From Eledone cirrhosa (Eukaryota): a stretch of 64,000 nt of DNA. Shown here piece after piece: positions 1 to 13,551 of this stretch (position 1 is the stretch's first letter; every line of letters begins with the position of its first letter). The translations under genes were made by a program, and so were the position numbers. Where the stretch lies: NCBI GenBank assembly GCA_964016885.1, contig OZ024743.1, positions 232,128,001 through 232,192,000 on the forward strand. Direction: 5' to 3'. Under the pieces are notes generated by a model. That model was not told the DNA's origin. It searched no databases and was given only the letters and a program-made list of their open reading frames with translations.

Positions 1-682
1 TAGGCAAATCAGAGAGGCCAGTGAAATAGAACTTAGAAGGCCAAGGCTAAACAGAAAGAATGAATGGAATAACAACAACACCCAAACAAACAACACTGAC
101 CTAAGAGAAGTATAAATAAATAAATAGATAAATAAATAAATAAATATATACACAAGCACAATAACAACAAACACATATAAACACACACTAGTAAAGATAG
201 AATACATTAACCAACACACAGTCACCCAATCACGAACACACATCAAACAAAACACTATACACACACGCAAACGCATGCGCAAAGAAGACGAAATAAAATA
301 AACAAATAAATAAATATATAAACAGACTAAATAATGATGGCGTAGAAAATACAATGCAACGGGAGGAAACAATAGCACCACTGACAATGTTGTAGATGTG
401 CAACGAAAGAACTTTGATAAACTATATATATGTGTTTGTGTCTATATTGTATCTGTATTATTTTTGACCGTTGGTCAGTCAATGGCAACATTGAGGACCG
501 AATAAATTAGATTACCGATATAAAAGACACAGAAGCGAAAAGCGAAAACCAACCAAACAGTGAGTGTGTTCCTGTTATTAATTCTGGCAATATTACACAA
601 ATATGACCCTCCTCAAGTATAACAATATTTGTTTCAACACACGATTTCATATCAAAAACCTCGCAAAACTAATTCATCGCCG

Positions 683-683
<1 letters not shown>
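1..683 (+). mobile_element. 3' end of Penelope-like element: GIY-YIG C-terminus, 3' UTR and pseudo-LTR
   Basis: 2..103 translates RQIREASEIELRRPRLNRKNEWNNN...*, similar to the C-terminus at 8948-9358 (RQITDATNINELHPKLNRKREW). 330-680 is homologous to 55630-55910. Ends at a (TA)n tract. Confidence 0.7.
377..419 (+). ncRNA. Degenerate hammerhead ribozyme motif in PLE pseudo-LTR
   Basis: CTGACAA-t-gttgta/gatg/tgcaac-GAAA. The paralogue at 55677 reads TTGATGA-t-gttaca/gatg/tgtgac-GAAA. Together they give a CTGATGA consensus. Confidence 0.5.
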
Positions 684-745
<62 letters not shown>

Positions 746-880
746 AATAAAGATTCAGCGAGAATCGCATTTCGGCGGATAGGAAAGGCGAGGCGAAGCG
801 CAAAATTCAGAAATGATCCTGGCAAAGTGCTCAATAGTTAAAAACCAGAGCTAAACAATGTGTTAAGAAGCCATACAAAA

Positions 881-974
881 CTGAAAAGGTGCTCAAGAAG
901 GCATTAAGCACCCAAGCCCAAAACCAACTGAAAAGGTGCTCAAGAAGGCATTAAGCACCCAAGCCCAAAACCAA
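881..974. repeat. ~47-bp tandem duplication
   Basis: ctgaaaaggtgctcaagaaggcattaagcacccaagcccaaaaccaa occurs twice in tandem. Confidence 0.9.
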
Positions 975-1046
975 ATCAAGCTAAACAGGTCAAAACAAAA
1001 TAAATGATAAAAAATAAATGATATATATATATATATGTATATAATT

Positions 1047-1731
1047 ATAAATTAGCGAGAATCGTATTTCGGCTATTGGAAATTAGCGAAAAACAACTTC
1101 CGAGATGTGTGGCAAGTGCTCCATAGAAGCTAGTGGACTAGAGCTACAACATAAGTTAAAAGGCCAAACACACTGAGACGATGGTTATACAATTATCCGC
1201 AGAGCCATAGAAACGACCAAGTAATTCGGGTTAAACAAATAAGATATCATTGAAAATTATACCCGGACCCCTGGAAGGTTAGTAAAATTCAGCATTTGGG
1301 TTTCTGCAACTCCTAAATCAAGTACTGTCTGCTTAGACAATTAATGTTAAGCTTTTGGTAAGATGATCGAACAAGGAAGTCACTTTCTCAACAGGCTTTT
1401 AGTTCAAGTTCCAAGCGAAGGACTGACCGTTATCAAAACCCACGTTAGGTTTGGAGGATGAATTCAGTATGTGTGTTATTATTGCAAAATTGCAAAATAT
1501 CACAAAACGAAATAAGTTCGCAACAGAATGGTTTTAAAATTAACAAAAGCTATTCATCAGTCAATAGAATTAACTAAAAAAATCAAGAAAATTAACTGGT
1601 CAATAGCTAGACTCTGGAGATTAATACAAATATAAATTAGCGAGAATCGTATTTCGGCTATTGGAAATTAGCGAAAAACAACTTCCGAGATGTGTGGCAA
1701 GCGCTCCATAGAAGCCAGTGGACTAGAGCTA
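1047..1731. repeat. Unclassified element bounded by ~100-bp direct repeats (1047-1147, 1631-1731)
   Basis: Near-identical tataaattagcgagaatcgtatttcggct...ggactagagctac at both ends. A diverged relative lies at ~755-860. Confidence 0.7.
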
Positions 1732-1919
1732 CCTTTATGTATATATAGGTAGATATACGAAATAGTCTAGTCTAACCTGAGTTTCGACGAACAGTGTTCC
1801 ACTTCCTCGCTCACCAGAGAAACATGTTAAAATTAACCTGCAAGTGCCTGAGCATTCAGCAGATAAGTGAACTCTTAACGTAATATTTTGGCAGATTTTT
1901 CCGTGTTAAATTATTTAAT

Positions 1920-2099
1920 AATTGTTTCTACTTTTTGGCACAAGGCCAGCAATCAACCAGTACATTACTGGTACATTATTTTATCGACCCCGTAAGGATG
2001 AAAGGCAAAGTTAACCTCGGCGGGATTTGAACTCAAATCATAAAGGGACATAACTATGCTAGAAAGCATGGCGTCTGACCCTCTACCGATACTGCCAAA
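1920..2099 (-). mobile_element. tRNA-derived SINE, family A
   Basis: Minus strand has A-box-like tggcagtatcggt, B-box-like gagttcaaatccc, central gcctttcatccttacggggtcgataaaa and tail agtagaaacaattatt. Many copies in the window. Confidence 0.9.
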
Positions 2100-2602
2100 T
2101 GTTTGACCTTTGAATTACAGGTATCCAACATACTTCTATAAAATTACCGCCTACGTAATTTTACACTAAAGTTTGGGGTCGCTATTGGAAATGACACTTG
2201 CACATGACATGTAGTGGCATCGAACACTGGCTTTTATGTTTCTGATATGGTTTTCTTCATCATTCTATCTTGATGTGCACACAAGCACAAATGCACGCGC
2301 ACACCACATTCATACACAAAGACACACATACACACACTTTAGATTTTCACACTCACATTCACACATATCACATTCACAACACACTCACACACAAAACAAA
2401 CACACACACACACACAAACACACAAACACAGTCACATATGCGATCAAATATTTTGCAATCCCCTTCATGCAACACTTTTTTTTCTTTTTATATATTATAG
2501 ACACTTGTGGCCAATATAGAATTATTATCATCATCATCATCATTATTATTTCAAAATATTAAAAATCATTATTCTTAATCATTATTTCGCTGTTGCTAAT
2601 GA

Positions 2603-2656
2603 CGTAGCAGTAGTAGTAGTAGTAGTAGTAGTAGAGGCGGTGGTGGTTGTATTGGC

Positions 2657-2688
<32 letters not shown>

Positions 2689-2710
2689 AGGCGGTGGTGG
2701 TTGTATTGGC

Positions 2711-2772
<62 letters not shown>

Positions 2773-2820
2773 CGGTGGTGGTTGTATTGGCAGTAGTGGT
2801 GATGTTAGTAGTAGTAGTAT

Positions 2821-2856
<36 letters not shown>

Positions 2857-2898
2857 AGGCCGTGGTGGTTGTATTGGCAGTAGTGGTGATGTTAGTAA

Positions 2899-2964
<66 letters not shown>

Positions 2965-2997
2965 CGGTGGTGGTTGTATTGGCAGTAGTGGTGATGT

Positions 2998-3045
<48 letters not shown>

Positions 3046-3078
3046 CGGTGGTGGTTGTATTGGCAGTAGTGGTGATGT

Positions 3079-3129
<51 letters not shown>

Positions 3130-3225
3130 AGGTGGTGGTAGTAGTGGCAGTAGTGGTGATGTTAGTAGTAGTAGTAGTAGTATTAGTAGTAGTAGTAGTA
3201 GTAGTTGTTGCAGTTGTTGTAGGTG
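2603..3225. repeat. Compound (GTA)n minisatellite with a higher-order unit
   Basis: (GTA)n runs separated about 7 times by ggcggtggtggttgtattggcagtagtggtgatgtta or a truncated form of it. Confidence 0.95.
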
Positions 3226-3614
3226 CTTGGTGGTGTTTGTTATTGTGGCAATTATTAATAACCGTGTGAAACAAGCAGAAGTTACAAGTCTTGTTTGATG
3301 TCCTGAAACAATAGAAAACATCAATGCATTCCAGAACATGTATCGATCTAGCAACATTCCACCTTCCCTTTCTCTCTCTCTCTTTCACTCTCTCTCACTC
3401 TCTCTCTCTCTCGCTCTGTACATTTCTCCTACGTCCTCTTGTTTCTCTATATATCTATATATCTTATATTCTCACCGTTTTTTTTTTATTTACTTTCAGC
3501 TCACGTAAACAATGTTTGTCTCCTTGTCCACTATGTTCGTCTTCATCATCGTCAACATCTTCTTCTTCTTCTTCTTCTTCTTCTTCTTCTTCTTCTTCTT
3601 CTTCTTCTTCTTCT

Positions 3615-3661
<47 letters not shown>

Positions 3662-3712
3662 CCCCTCTCCCTCTCCCTCTCTCTCTATTTATGTATATAC
3701 ATATATATACAT

Positions 3713-3823
3713 AATTGTTTCTACTATTGGCACAAGGCCAGAAATTACCCAGTACATTACTGGTACTTTATTTTATCGACCCGGTAAGGATGAAAGGTAA
3801 AGTTAACATCGGCGGGATTTGAA
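3713..3823 (-). mobile_element. SINE family A, 5'-truncated
   Basis: Matches the 3' half of the 1920-2099 copy up to the B box. Confidence 0.85.
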
Positions 3824-3971
3824 CATTAATATAATGTGTATATATATATTTATATACATATATACATATATATATATACATATATATATATACATGTATA
3901 TCTATATATAATATATATACATATATATTTACATATATATATATATATAAACATATGTATATACTTATATG

Positions 3972-4002
<31 letters not shown>

Positions 4003-4012
4003 GTATATATAA

Positions 4013-4075
<63 letters not shown>

Positions 4076-4091
4076 ATATATTTTTAACTTA

Positions 4092-4133
<42 letters not shown>

Positions 4134-4159
4134 TATATATATATATGTATATATATATG

Positions 4160-4204
<45 letters not shown>

Positions 4205-4319
4205 AGAGAGAAAGAGAGAGATATAACATACATACATCTCTAATATTTGCCTTTCCTCTCAGTAATTCTCTTCGCGACATCATTCCCCCTTCCCCCCCCC
4301 CCCCCTCTCTCTCCCGCTG

Positions 4320-4352
<33 letters not shown>

Positions 4353-4986
4353 ACCCACACTCTCTCTCTCCTTTCTTCCTTTCTTCCTTTCTTTTATTTT
4401 CCTTCATATACTTTGTGTCAGTTAATCAATTCCCTATATATATCATTTACCAATTATTCCGCCAAATCCCTTAACCCAATTACCATTGTATATTATATAT
4501 TATATATTACACTTTCTCTACCACTTTACATTCATATTATTCTCTCTATTCACTTACTACCACTTTTGTATTTCTCACCTTAAATCTATATATTTCCCCT
4601 CAGTCATTCTTCTCTGACTCTATCTCGCCCACCTCTCACTTTTCTTTTTATATGAAACTATCCGTTTGTCGAATCCTCTAACAAATCCCCCTCTCTATAT
4701 CGTTTCGTTAAATTTCCCCTTTATATCTCATACTCTTTGTTTCTCTGTCTGTCACATTCGCTTTTTCTCTCACCCTCTCTTGCCACATCCCTCTATATGT
4801 CTGTTTATATTTTACCTCATTCTTATCCTCAACCCGTTACTTTTCAATCTTCTCCAACAGATAGCCATTGATCTCGAATCCATCTCAATCATCTTTCTTT
4901 CTCTCTCTACCTCTCTCTCTCTCTTTCTCTCTACCTCCCTATCTCACCCTCCCTCCGTCAACCCCGTCTCTTTCTTTCTCTCTCTA

Positions 4987-5025
<39 letters not shown>

Positions 5026-5026
5026 A

Positions 5027-5059
<33 letters not shown>

Positions 5060-5294
5060 ATATATCTATCATCTATCTAACAATCTATCTACCTCTTTAT
5101 ATATATATATATATATATATCTTTCTTTCTCTCTCTCCCTCTCTCGTTCTCTCTACTTCTCTATCTCACCCTCCCTCTGTCCACTCTTTCTCTTTCTTTC
5201 TCTCTATATCCCTATCTCACTTTCCTTCCTCTCCCACTGTCATAATCTGTTTTCTTCCGAACCTTCTCTGTTTCTTGTTCTCCTCATATCTTCA

Positions 5295-5950
5295 TCAACA
5301 CCAGCACCACTACCACCACCACCACCACAACCACCACTACCACCACCACCACTAACACTACCACCACTACCACCACTACCACCACTACAACCACCACTAC
5401 CAACCACCACCAACAATGCCACCATCATCACCACCAATACCACCACCAACACCATCCACCAACACCACCACCACCACCAACCAACATCACCACCAATACC
5501 ACCACCAACACCATCCACCAACACCATTCACCAATACCACCACCACTACCGACCACCACCAACACCAACACCACTGCCACCACCAATGCCACCAACACCG
5601 CCACCACCTCACCACCACCACCACCATCAACACCTCCACCATCCACCACCACCACCAACACCACCGCCACCACCACCATCCACCACCAACACCACTACCA
5701 CCACCACCAATCACACCAAGACCGCCACCACCTCACCACCACCACCACCAACACCACAACCACCATCCACCACGACCACCAACACCACCATCACCATCCA
5801 CCACCACCACCAACACCACCACCAACACCACCGCCACCTCCAATGCCACCAACACCACAACCACCATCCACCACCAACACCAACACCACCACCACCATCC
5901 TCCACCACCACCATCCACCACCACCACCACCATCGCCACTATCAACACTT
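5295..5950. repeat. Degenerate (CCA)n trinucleotide repeat
   Basis: Long imperfect cac/cca/acc array. Confidence 0.95.
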
Positions 5951-6227
5951 TCCCAGTCACAAACCACTCACTTCTAACTCCTTCCAATGCAATCAATAAT
6001 TGACTAATTTACCCCCCTAGCATATTATTCACATACATACATTTCATTCTAGTCATCTCCTCCCATTTAATTTCTCCTTTTATTCATTTATTCATCGACT
6101 TAATTATTTCATTTGCCTTGTTTAATTATTTTATATGAACGTTTTTCTTTCAGAGATTGACTGTCATATATGTGATGTGAGAGTTTGTTTTGTTGGTTTG
6201 TTCAGTTGATTTGTGTGTATAGGGGAA

Positions 6228-6515
6228 TTTCTTATGTGTAGTGTGTGGTTTTCGTCTGTGCTGTGTTGCTATATGTCTTTCTTATATGTGAGCAATGTGG
6301 GTTTGTTCAGTTGGTTTGTGTGTCTATGTGAGGTTCTTATGTATAGTGTGTGGTTTTCGTCTGTGCTGTGTTGCTATATGTCTTTCTTATATGTGAGCAA
6401 TGTGGGTTTGTTCAGTTGGTTTGTGTGTCTATGTGAATTTCTTATGTGTAGTGTGCGGTTTTCGCCGTGTTGTGTTGCTATATGTCTTTCTTATATGTGA
6501 GCAATGTGGGTTTGT
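6228..6515. repeat. ~105-bp tandem repeat, about 3 copies
   Basis: ttcttatgtgtagtgtgtggttttcgtctgtgctgtgttgctatatgtctttcttatatgtgagcaatgtggg recurs with a 105-bp period, seen as a 35-aa repeat in ORF 6213..6500. Confidence 0.9.
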
Positions 6516-7443
6516 TCTGTGGGTTTGTTCTGTGGATTTGTTCAGTCGGTTTCTAACTTGGCTTTATTATGTATGTGTGTTTATGTGAGGTTCTTATGTA
6601 TAGTGAGTGTGTGGTTTTGGTCCGCGTTGCTATATACGTTTCCTATATGTGAGCAATATATGTGTGTCTCGGCTATGTGTTTGGTAAGTCCACTTTTTAT
6701 GTGTGTTTGCGATGTGGCTGTGCATTGAATAAGTGTGTACGTTATGTGTTTCGCAAACCCACTTATGTGTGTTTGTGATGTGGGTGTGCTATGTATGAGT
6801 GTGTACGTTAAGTGTTTGGGGAAGTCCACTGTTTATGTGTGTTTGTAATGTACTGTGTATGTGTGCGTATTTTATGTGTTTGGTGTGTCAGGTATGTGTC
6901 TGTCTAAGGTATGTGTTGTTATATGTTTGCTTATATGTGTGTATGTTTGTTATGTATATGTATATATATGTTATGTATATGATGTGTCAGGTCCCTGTGT
7001 ATATTTGGGTTGTATGTGATTCACGTGTGTGCTACTGATCCGTGTTGATATATATGCTTCCTATATGTGTTTGTTATATACATGTGTGCATTATGTGTGT
7101 TTGTTATATGTGCATGTGTGCTACGTTTTCTAGGTGAGTGAAAACATATTGATTTGCAATTTTTTGTGTATTGTTGTTTTATTTCTATTTTATTTATAAT
7201 TTGAATAAATCAATAATTTGTTAAATGTGACAGAAAAATATGGTGGATTTGTAAAATTGAAAGTAAAATAAACAAACAAAATAAAATACCTTCCATGTTT
7301 ATAATTAAGTGGTGAGGTTGTATAAAATGTGTCCATACACACATACGCGTGTATGTGTAAGTGCCTACGTGTGTGCTTGTAAAGGGCTGTATACATTCGT
7401 GAATATCATTAAAAAAATTCTGCACAGATGCTTATACATACAT

Positions 7444-7492
<49 letters not shown>

Positions 7493-7533
7493 CATACATA
7501 TAATATATATATGTATATATACCTATATATGTA

Positions 7534-7610
<77 letters not shown>

Positions 7611-7612
7611 GT

Positions 7613-7675
<63 letters not shown>

Positions 7676-7689
7676 CATATATACATACG

Positions 7690-7749
<60 letters not shown>

Positions 7750-7762
7750 TATATATTATATG

Positions 7763-7802
<40 letters not shown>

Positions 7803-8244
7803 TAGATATATATATAGATATAGATATAGATATAGATATATATACAAACATATATATATATATATACACAAATATTTTTAATATATATATGTATATATAT
7901 ATATGTATACATACATACATATATATAGTTAGCTGTGGGTGTTATTTGTGTGTGCATGCGCCCACGTGTGTGTTTCTTCCGCCATTCTTGGACACCACCT
8001 ACAGGGTACTGGAATCGATTATATCGAAACCTTTTCTTTGTCTGGTACTTAGCAAATCGATCCTTACTTATCTAATGGCCAAGTGAACCTCGGCGTAAAT
8101 CGAGGTAACTCGCATGGAAGCAATACCACAATTTATTGGATACACCTTGCTGATACACCCTCCTATACACACAAATACACACAGAAACACACACTCATGC
8201 ACACAAGTACACATACACAGACCATATCCACGCATACACACCCA

Positions 8245-8299
<55 letters not shown>

Positions 8300-8316
8300 T
8301 TATATATATATGTGAG

Positions 8317-8453
8317 AAAAACCACAGACCCTCCATCTCAACTCACCTTTTGAAAAGCAGAAGAACTGCGAAACCGGTAAAGGAACCAAATAAATATATA
8401 TATTTTTTAAAAAAAATAAGACTTCAGTTGCATTTTCGATTTCATCTCTTTTT

Positions 8454-8457
<4 letters not shown>
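8317..8457 (+). mobile_element. Short non-coding element with HHR-like motif (8346-8383); same family as 15172-15352
   Basis: cctt-TTGAAAA-gcag/aagaa/ctgc-GAAA-ccgg-TA-aagg, flanked by (TA)n. Confidence 0.7.
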
Positions 8458-8497
<40 letters not shown>

Positions 8498-9485
8498 TTC
8501 GCTTTTGAATTTATTTTGCAAGATTTCTTATCTGAAAACGTGTGTTGAAACCCATATTGTTATACTTTGGGAGGGCCATGCTGCCAATAAAAACACGCGC
8601 ACCTTATGGTTTTACTTCAATGTATTTTAAATTTCCGGTTGGTTGGTTTGTTCGCCAACCGGATGGTTGTTTATATATTGTCAAAGCTCTCTCGTCATAC
8701 ATTCTGTGACCGCCTCAAAGACTTGGTTTTTATTTTGTGTCTCCTTTTTTCTATCCTACACCATCTTGTTTTTGTGTGGTCTGTTGTGTGCTTAGTTTGC
8801 GCATGCGTTACATCCGTATGTGTGTGTTTTTTTTATTTACTTATGTGTTTATTTACTTATCACTAGTTGGTTGTTTGTTCTATCTGTGTGTCTGATTTGC
8901 TTTGTTAGTTTGGTTTGTGTGTGTGTCTGTATGTCTTCATTTTGTCTTTAATTACTAGTTGTGATGTTGCTATTCCACTCACGTTTTCTGTTTAATTTTG
9001 GGTGGAGTTCGTTTATATTTGTCGCATCTGTGATTTGTCTGAGCATTGCATCTTGTCTGTGTGTGGATATAATATTTATCTCTATGTTCTATAATGCGCC
9101 CCTATGTTCTATTTTGGCATGTTGGTGGAGTGCTGATGAGTTTTTCCCACTCTGGATTGCTCGCCAATGTTCACTTATTGTTTCTCCTATGCTACGGGCT
9201 GTTTCACCTATGTATGTTATGTTCTTAGTCCTACACTATCCCTCAGTACATCTTATGCTATATACTACGTTCCAAGTTTTGCAGTTAGTTTTCGGGATTA
9301 ACTTACAGACTATGTATTTTCTATCAGTACAGGGGGTTCTTTGACATGGGTATCTTTTACTGATTAGAGGTTTGACAATATATAAACAACATTCCGGTTA
9401 TCGAACCAAACAACCGGAAATTTATTAGAAATTGCAGTGAAAGCCAACAGGTGTTTTTATTGGCAGCATGAACCTCCCAGAGTAT

Positions 9486-9492
<7 letters not shown>
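8498..9492 (-). mobile_element. 5'-truncated Penelope-like element with inverted pseudo-LTR copy at the 5' end
   Basis: Contains a GIY-YIG remnant. 9366-9492 is a diverged inverted copy of ~8555-8690. 8500-8580 resembles the 3' terminus at 600-680. (TA)n on both sides. Confidence 0.75.
8948..9358 (-). pseudogene. PLE GIY-YIG endonuclease remnant (two TAG stops; absent from the ORF track)
   Basis: Manual translation: ...NCKTWNVVYSIRCTEG*CRTKNITYIGETARSIGETISEHWRAI...SALHQH...MLRQITDATNINELHPKLNRKREW. Confidence 0.85.
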
Positions 9493-9526
<34 letters not shown>

Positions 9527-9624
9527 CACCTAGACAGTGTAGCTAAACGGTACTTTGTTAGAGCTATTACTAATAAATATCTAAACATATACATAATTAT
9601 ATATATATATATAATTATCCATGT

Positions 9625-9660
<36 letters not shown>

Positions 9661-9664
<4 letters not shown>

Positions 9665-11098
9665 TTAAGTCGTTTGGAAGCCTCAACAATGCAAATGGGT
9701 AAATCTCCGGGTAACAAGGTCCGGTGGTGGAGAGAGAGAGATGTAAGTGGGTGTACGTTGAGATGCGTGGTGTGTATAAGATGTGTGAGATGTGTAGAAT
9801 GAAGGGAAGAGAATAAAGGATAGAATAAAAATAACAACACAAGAGAGAGTTACCTTGGGAGAGATTTAATAGTCCCTATATATTTCGGATTCACATCCAT
9901 CAACTGGGGTTTTTTTCCGGGGTGGGGGAAAAGGTTGTCTGTCGGACAGGTCCGGAATGCGTCCTTCGCTGTTTGTTGTTTTGAATATCTGAGGTATTCG
10001 TCAGAGCGCGCGTGCGCGTGAAATGGGGTCGGTCGTACAGAGGTCAGCGGCCGAATGAGGGAGTGGGATGGCGCTAGCTGTCAGTCCATTCTCTGCCTGT
10101 TTGTTAAATGTTACTGTGTGTGTGTGTGCGTGTGTTGTTGTCTCGCTTGAGTCTGTGTGTGTGTGCGTGTGTTATTGCCTTGTTCCTCTGTATTGGCAGT
10201 GTAGTATGTTCGTATGGTGGCATGCTACTGTGTGTGTGCGTGTGTTATTGCCTTGTTCCTCTGTATTGGCAGTGTAGTATGTTCGTATGGTGGAATGCTA
10301 CTGTGTGTGTGTGTGCGTGTGTTGTGTGTTGTTGCATCGCTTGTTAACTTAAACCAGCCATCTCATTTCGCTTCTCTCTGATCGGTTGTTTATTTGCGGT
10401 TGCAGTCGTTTGATAAAAAGCGCTCCCTTGATACGTAACGTGCCGACGTTTCTTTCAGTCGCTAGAATTGTGACAATGGGCCTTCCGTCTTTGTTTCCGC
10501 ATTTGTCTATGTGTTTCCGGAAAGACGAGGCCCTGGTTTTAGTGTGTTCCTTGATCCGGATGTGCAAAGGTCGAATTGTGCTACCTATGTAGTATTGGTT
10601 GCACCTGTCAAATTCTATCTTATACACGACGTATGTGCGTAGGCAACAGTTCGCATGGCGTATCGGGCAGTCTCTGAGGGAGCATCCGTCAGTAGATTTT
10701 TCGGGTTTCTTGGAGAGGCATCTTCGCAGGGAGGGGCCCGAGTGGGCCAGGTGGATGTCGAGGCCCTCCCTCCGTATAGCCTTGCGGATAGCGTTGGTGG
10801 TTTTCTCGCCCAGGTGTGGCATTTTAAGGAAGCACTTGCCTTGGGTGCTTCTCTGTCTCTTGCGTCTGGTGTCTCCTATTCTGTCTGTGATCGAGGTAGG
10901 GTACCCGTTCGTCTCCAGCACCTCGAGGAATCGCTTGGTATGAGTGACACCACTCGCGGGATCGCTGCATCTGTTTTTGATTCGCGCGATCTCGTTCGTG
11001 ATGTATCCTCTTTTGGCGTTGGGGTGGCAGGCGTTGGGGTGGCAGGCGTTGAGTGCCTGGCGCTCGAGGTTGAGTGCCTTGCGTTCGAGGTTGTCCAT
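9661..11098 (-). mobile_element. 5'-truncated Penelope-like element
   Basis: RT-thumb/GIY-YIG ORF followed by a (CA)-rich 3' UTR with a ~72-bp duplication and an HHR-like motif at 9874-9909. Ends at (TA)n. Confidence 0.8.
10349..11030 (-). pseudogene. PLE RT thumb/linker plus GIY-YIG endonuclease (5'-truncated ORF)
   Basis: LETNGYP thumb motif; CLRTYVVYKIEFDRCNQYYIGSTIRPLHIRIKEH; LRIKGALFIKRLQPQINNRSE. Confidence 0.9.
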
Positions 11099-11183
11099 GT
11101 AAGAGATCGCTTTATATATAAATTTATATATAAATAAAAAAATAAAAAATAAGTCAAATATTTAAAATTTGGCTTCGTTTATT

Positions 11184-11238
11184 ACTGCTATATATATCTC
11201 TGTGACAGCCATCTTTGGCTGTGGCCTCTTCAGGCAGT
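11184..11238 (-). ncRNA. Degenerate hammerhead motif in a separate pseudo-LTR fragment (~11100-11375)
   Basis: actgc-CTGAAGA-(acagcc/ggctgt hairpin)-GAGA-tatata-TA-gcagt. Helix I is perfect; GAAA has become GAGA. Confidence 0.55.
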
Positions 11239-11371
11239 CCGAATTAGTGTGGTAGAGACGAGTATCCATGTTGTTGAGGTGTTTAACTTTGTCAATACTC
11301 TGATATGCCCAGTTCCTGGTAGCGTTGTTATTTCTCTGAGGAACTGGAATGATAAACAACCAACATATACT

Positions 11372-11409
<38 letters not shown>

Positions 11410-11533
11410 AAGGAGATGTGGTAAGGAACCAGATGAACCATAACGCACTGAAAGAACCAATTTAAGACTAGTTAGACCATTACTCAAAAAGTAGTCAATA
11501 TTTGGGATAGTAGATTATGGCTATATACATATA

Positions 11534-12400
11534 TCGGGTTGTAACGAAAGATCCGTCTGTTTTTAAGTCTAAATAGAACAATAAAAAAACACAATATTTA
11601 ATCATTTATGTAGTCACCATTCTTCTATATGAACTCTCTCCATCTGTCAATAAGATATTTAATGCCACGTTCATAAAATTCTTTATATTTTGACCTAAAA
11701 AAAGGAAACTAACGCATTTTCTACTTCTTCACTTGAAGTAAGTCTTAATCCCCTCAAATGATTTTGCAAACTTCTAAATAGATGGTAATTAATGTGTGCA
11801 AAGTCTGGGGAACAGAATGGTTAAGCATAATTTCTCAAGCCTATTTTTGTAGATCTTATGTCGTTTGTGCTGTTAGAATTTTAATGTTATCATGATGAAT
11901 TATGACTCCTTTTCTCTTTGTTAATGATGGGCGTTTTTATACACAGAAGAATCTTCATTGGATGCAGGCTACATCGGCGTTGCTGAGCTGGATCTTCACC
12001 ATAACAGAAATACTAACGTCTTCGCTCAACATTATGGTAAAGTAACCCTTTCTCATTTCCAGTAATGGCTAATTTGAAAAGATTTGCAGCTCAGAACGCA
12101 ATGATGCAGTCAACATGCTGTTTGCGGTTGTCGGCAGAGAGATCATACGGAATACATTTTCCATTATTTGACACTTCACCAAGCCTTTCCAATTCATGAT
12201 GAATACAGGTGTGGATCCCATACAAGTTAATGTGTAGTTCCCGATTGTAACGGTCAGGTTTGCATCAATAGCGGCTTCCAATGCATCATACTTCAGGCAT
12301 CTCATAATTTATCCTGCATATTTGAAGTCCACTTTTCTGAATCAAGTAAACCATCTCCTGCATTTTTCTTTTTCAGTTCCTAAAACGTTCGATGGGATGG
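11534..12400 (-). mobile_element. Degenerate mariner (Tc1/mariner) transposon
   Basis: Minus-strand translations PFCSPDFAHINYHLFRSLQNHL...FYERGIKYLIDRW...NGDYI (YSPDLAP..YHLF motif) and GKCIPYDLS...ITGNEKGLLYHN (WVPHEL/TGDEKW motifs). TA followed by tcgggttg at the left end. Confidence 0.85.
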
Positions 12401-12669
12401 GCGTGTTATGTGTGTGGCAACGCAAGAAATAGCTCACACACTAACTCACGAAAACTGCTCGACCTCAACTAGGAGCATAAATATCAAACGAGATCGGTAT
12501 TTAATATATAACGATCATGCAGTTCTATGATCGCTGAATGAGAGAATTGAAGCTAAAAATCCAAGACCTCAGAACGTTTGCACCCTGCCGATACCATTTA
12601 TAACTTTTTACCATAACTTTATTCAGAGAGACATAATAAGTATTACACACATATACACACGCGCAACAA

Positions 12670-12711
<42 letters not shown>

Positions 12712-12852
12712 AATAAGAGAGACAGTTTTATTCGTGCATCCCTATAAAACCGTCTCTCTTATTATTGTAATAAAACCGTGGAGGGCTTCACGTCTGTTAA
12801 AGAATAAGTCGGCATATTTTTAATCCACCAACTTTCTTCAAAAGAATAAATA

Positions 12853-12947
<95 letters not shown>

Positions 12948-12954
12948 CTGTGTC

Positions 12955-13013
<59 letters not shown>

Positions 13014-13516
13014 TTCGAATGGTTATTCAAATCAGTGATCAAGTCAAGAGTTTCTAGCGCAAAATAAACCGAACCAGTTTAATTTGCAATGATATCGAAC
13101 CCGTATACGAGTTCTTCGCAAATCGAACATTTTAACGACACATTCTTATCTATTTAATGTATATAAGTAGATATGTATGTATGTGTGTATGTACGTACAT
13201 ATGTATATATGTATGTATGAATGTATGTATGTATGCATGTACGTATGTTAGTATGTATGTATAAAAGTATTAAACTCTCAGTTTTAGTAAACATTGCATT
13301 CCTATGGTTTAATTTTTTTCCTCTCCATTAGAGAAATATCCGGCCTTCAGCGTATAACGTGGACTCATTGGATATCAGACAAAAGCAAACAGGTTTTCAT
13401 GTATGTATGAATGAATGTATGTATGAATGTATGTATGTATGCAAATAAGTTTGTATGTGTCTGCTCGTATCTTTACATACAACCATGCCATCTTATGCGT
13501 ATAAATTTATCTTTAG

Positions 13517-13551
<35 letters not shown>

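Noticed and set aside
2582-3388. Mucin-like Thr-rich ORF
   Set aside because: Fully explained by the (GTA)n minisatellite, which is open in several frames.
8948-9358. Selenocysteine-recoded (Naiad-type) PLE ORF
   Set aside because: Both in-frame stops are TAG, not TGA, and I recognised no SECIS.
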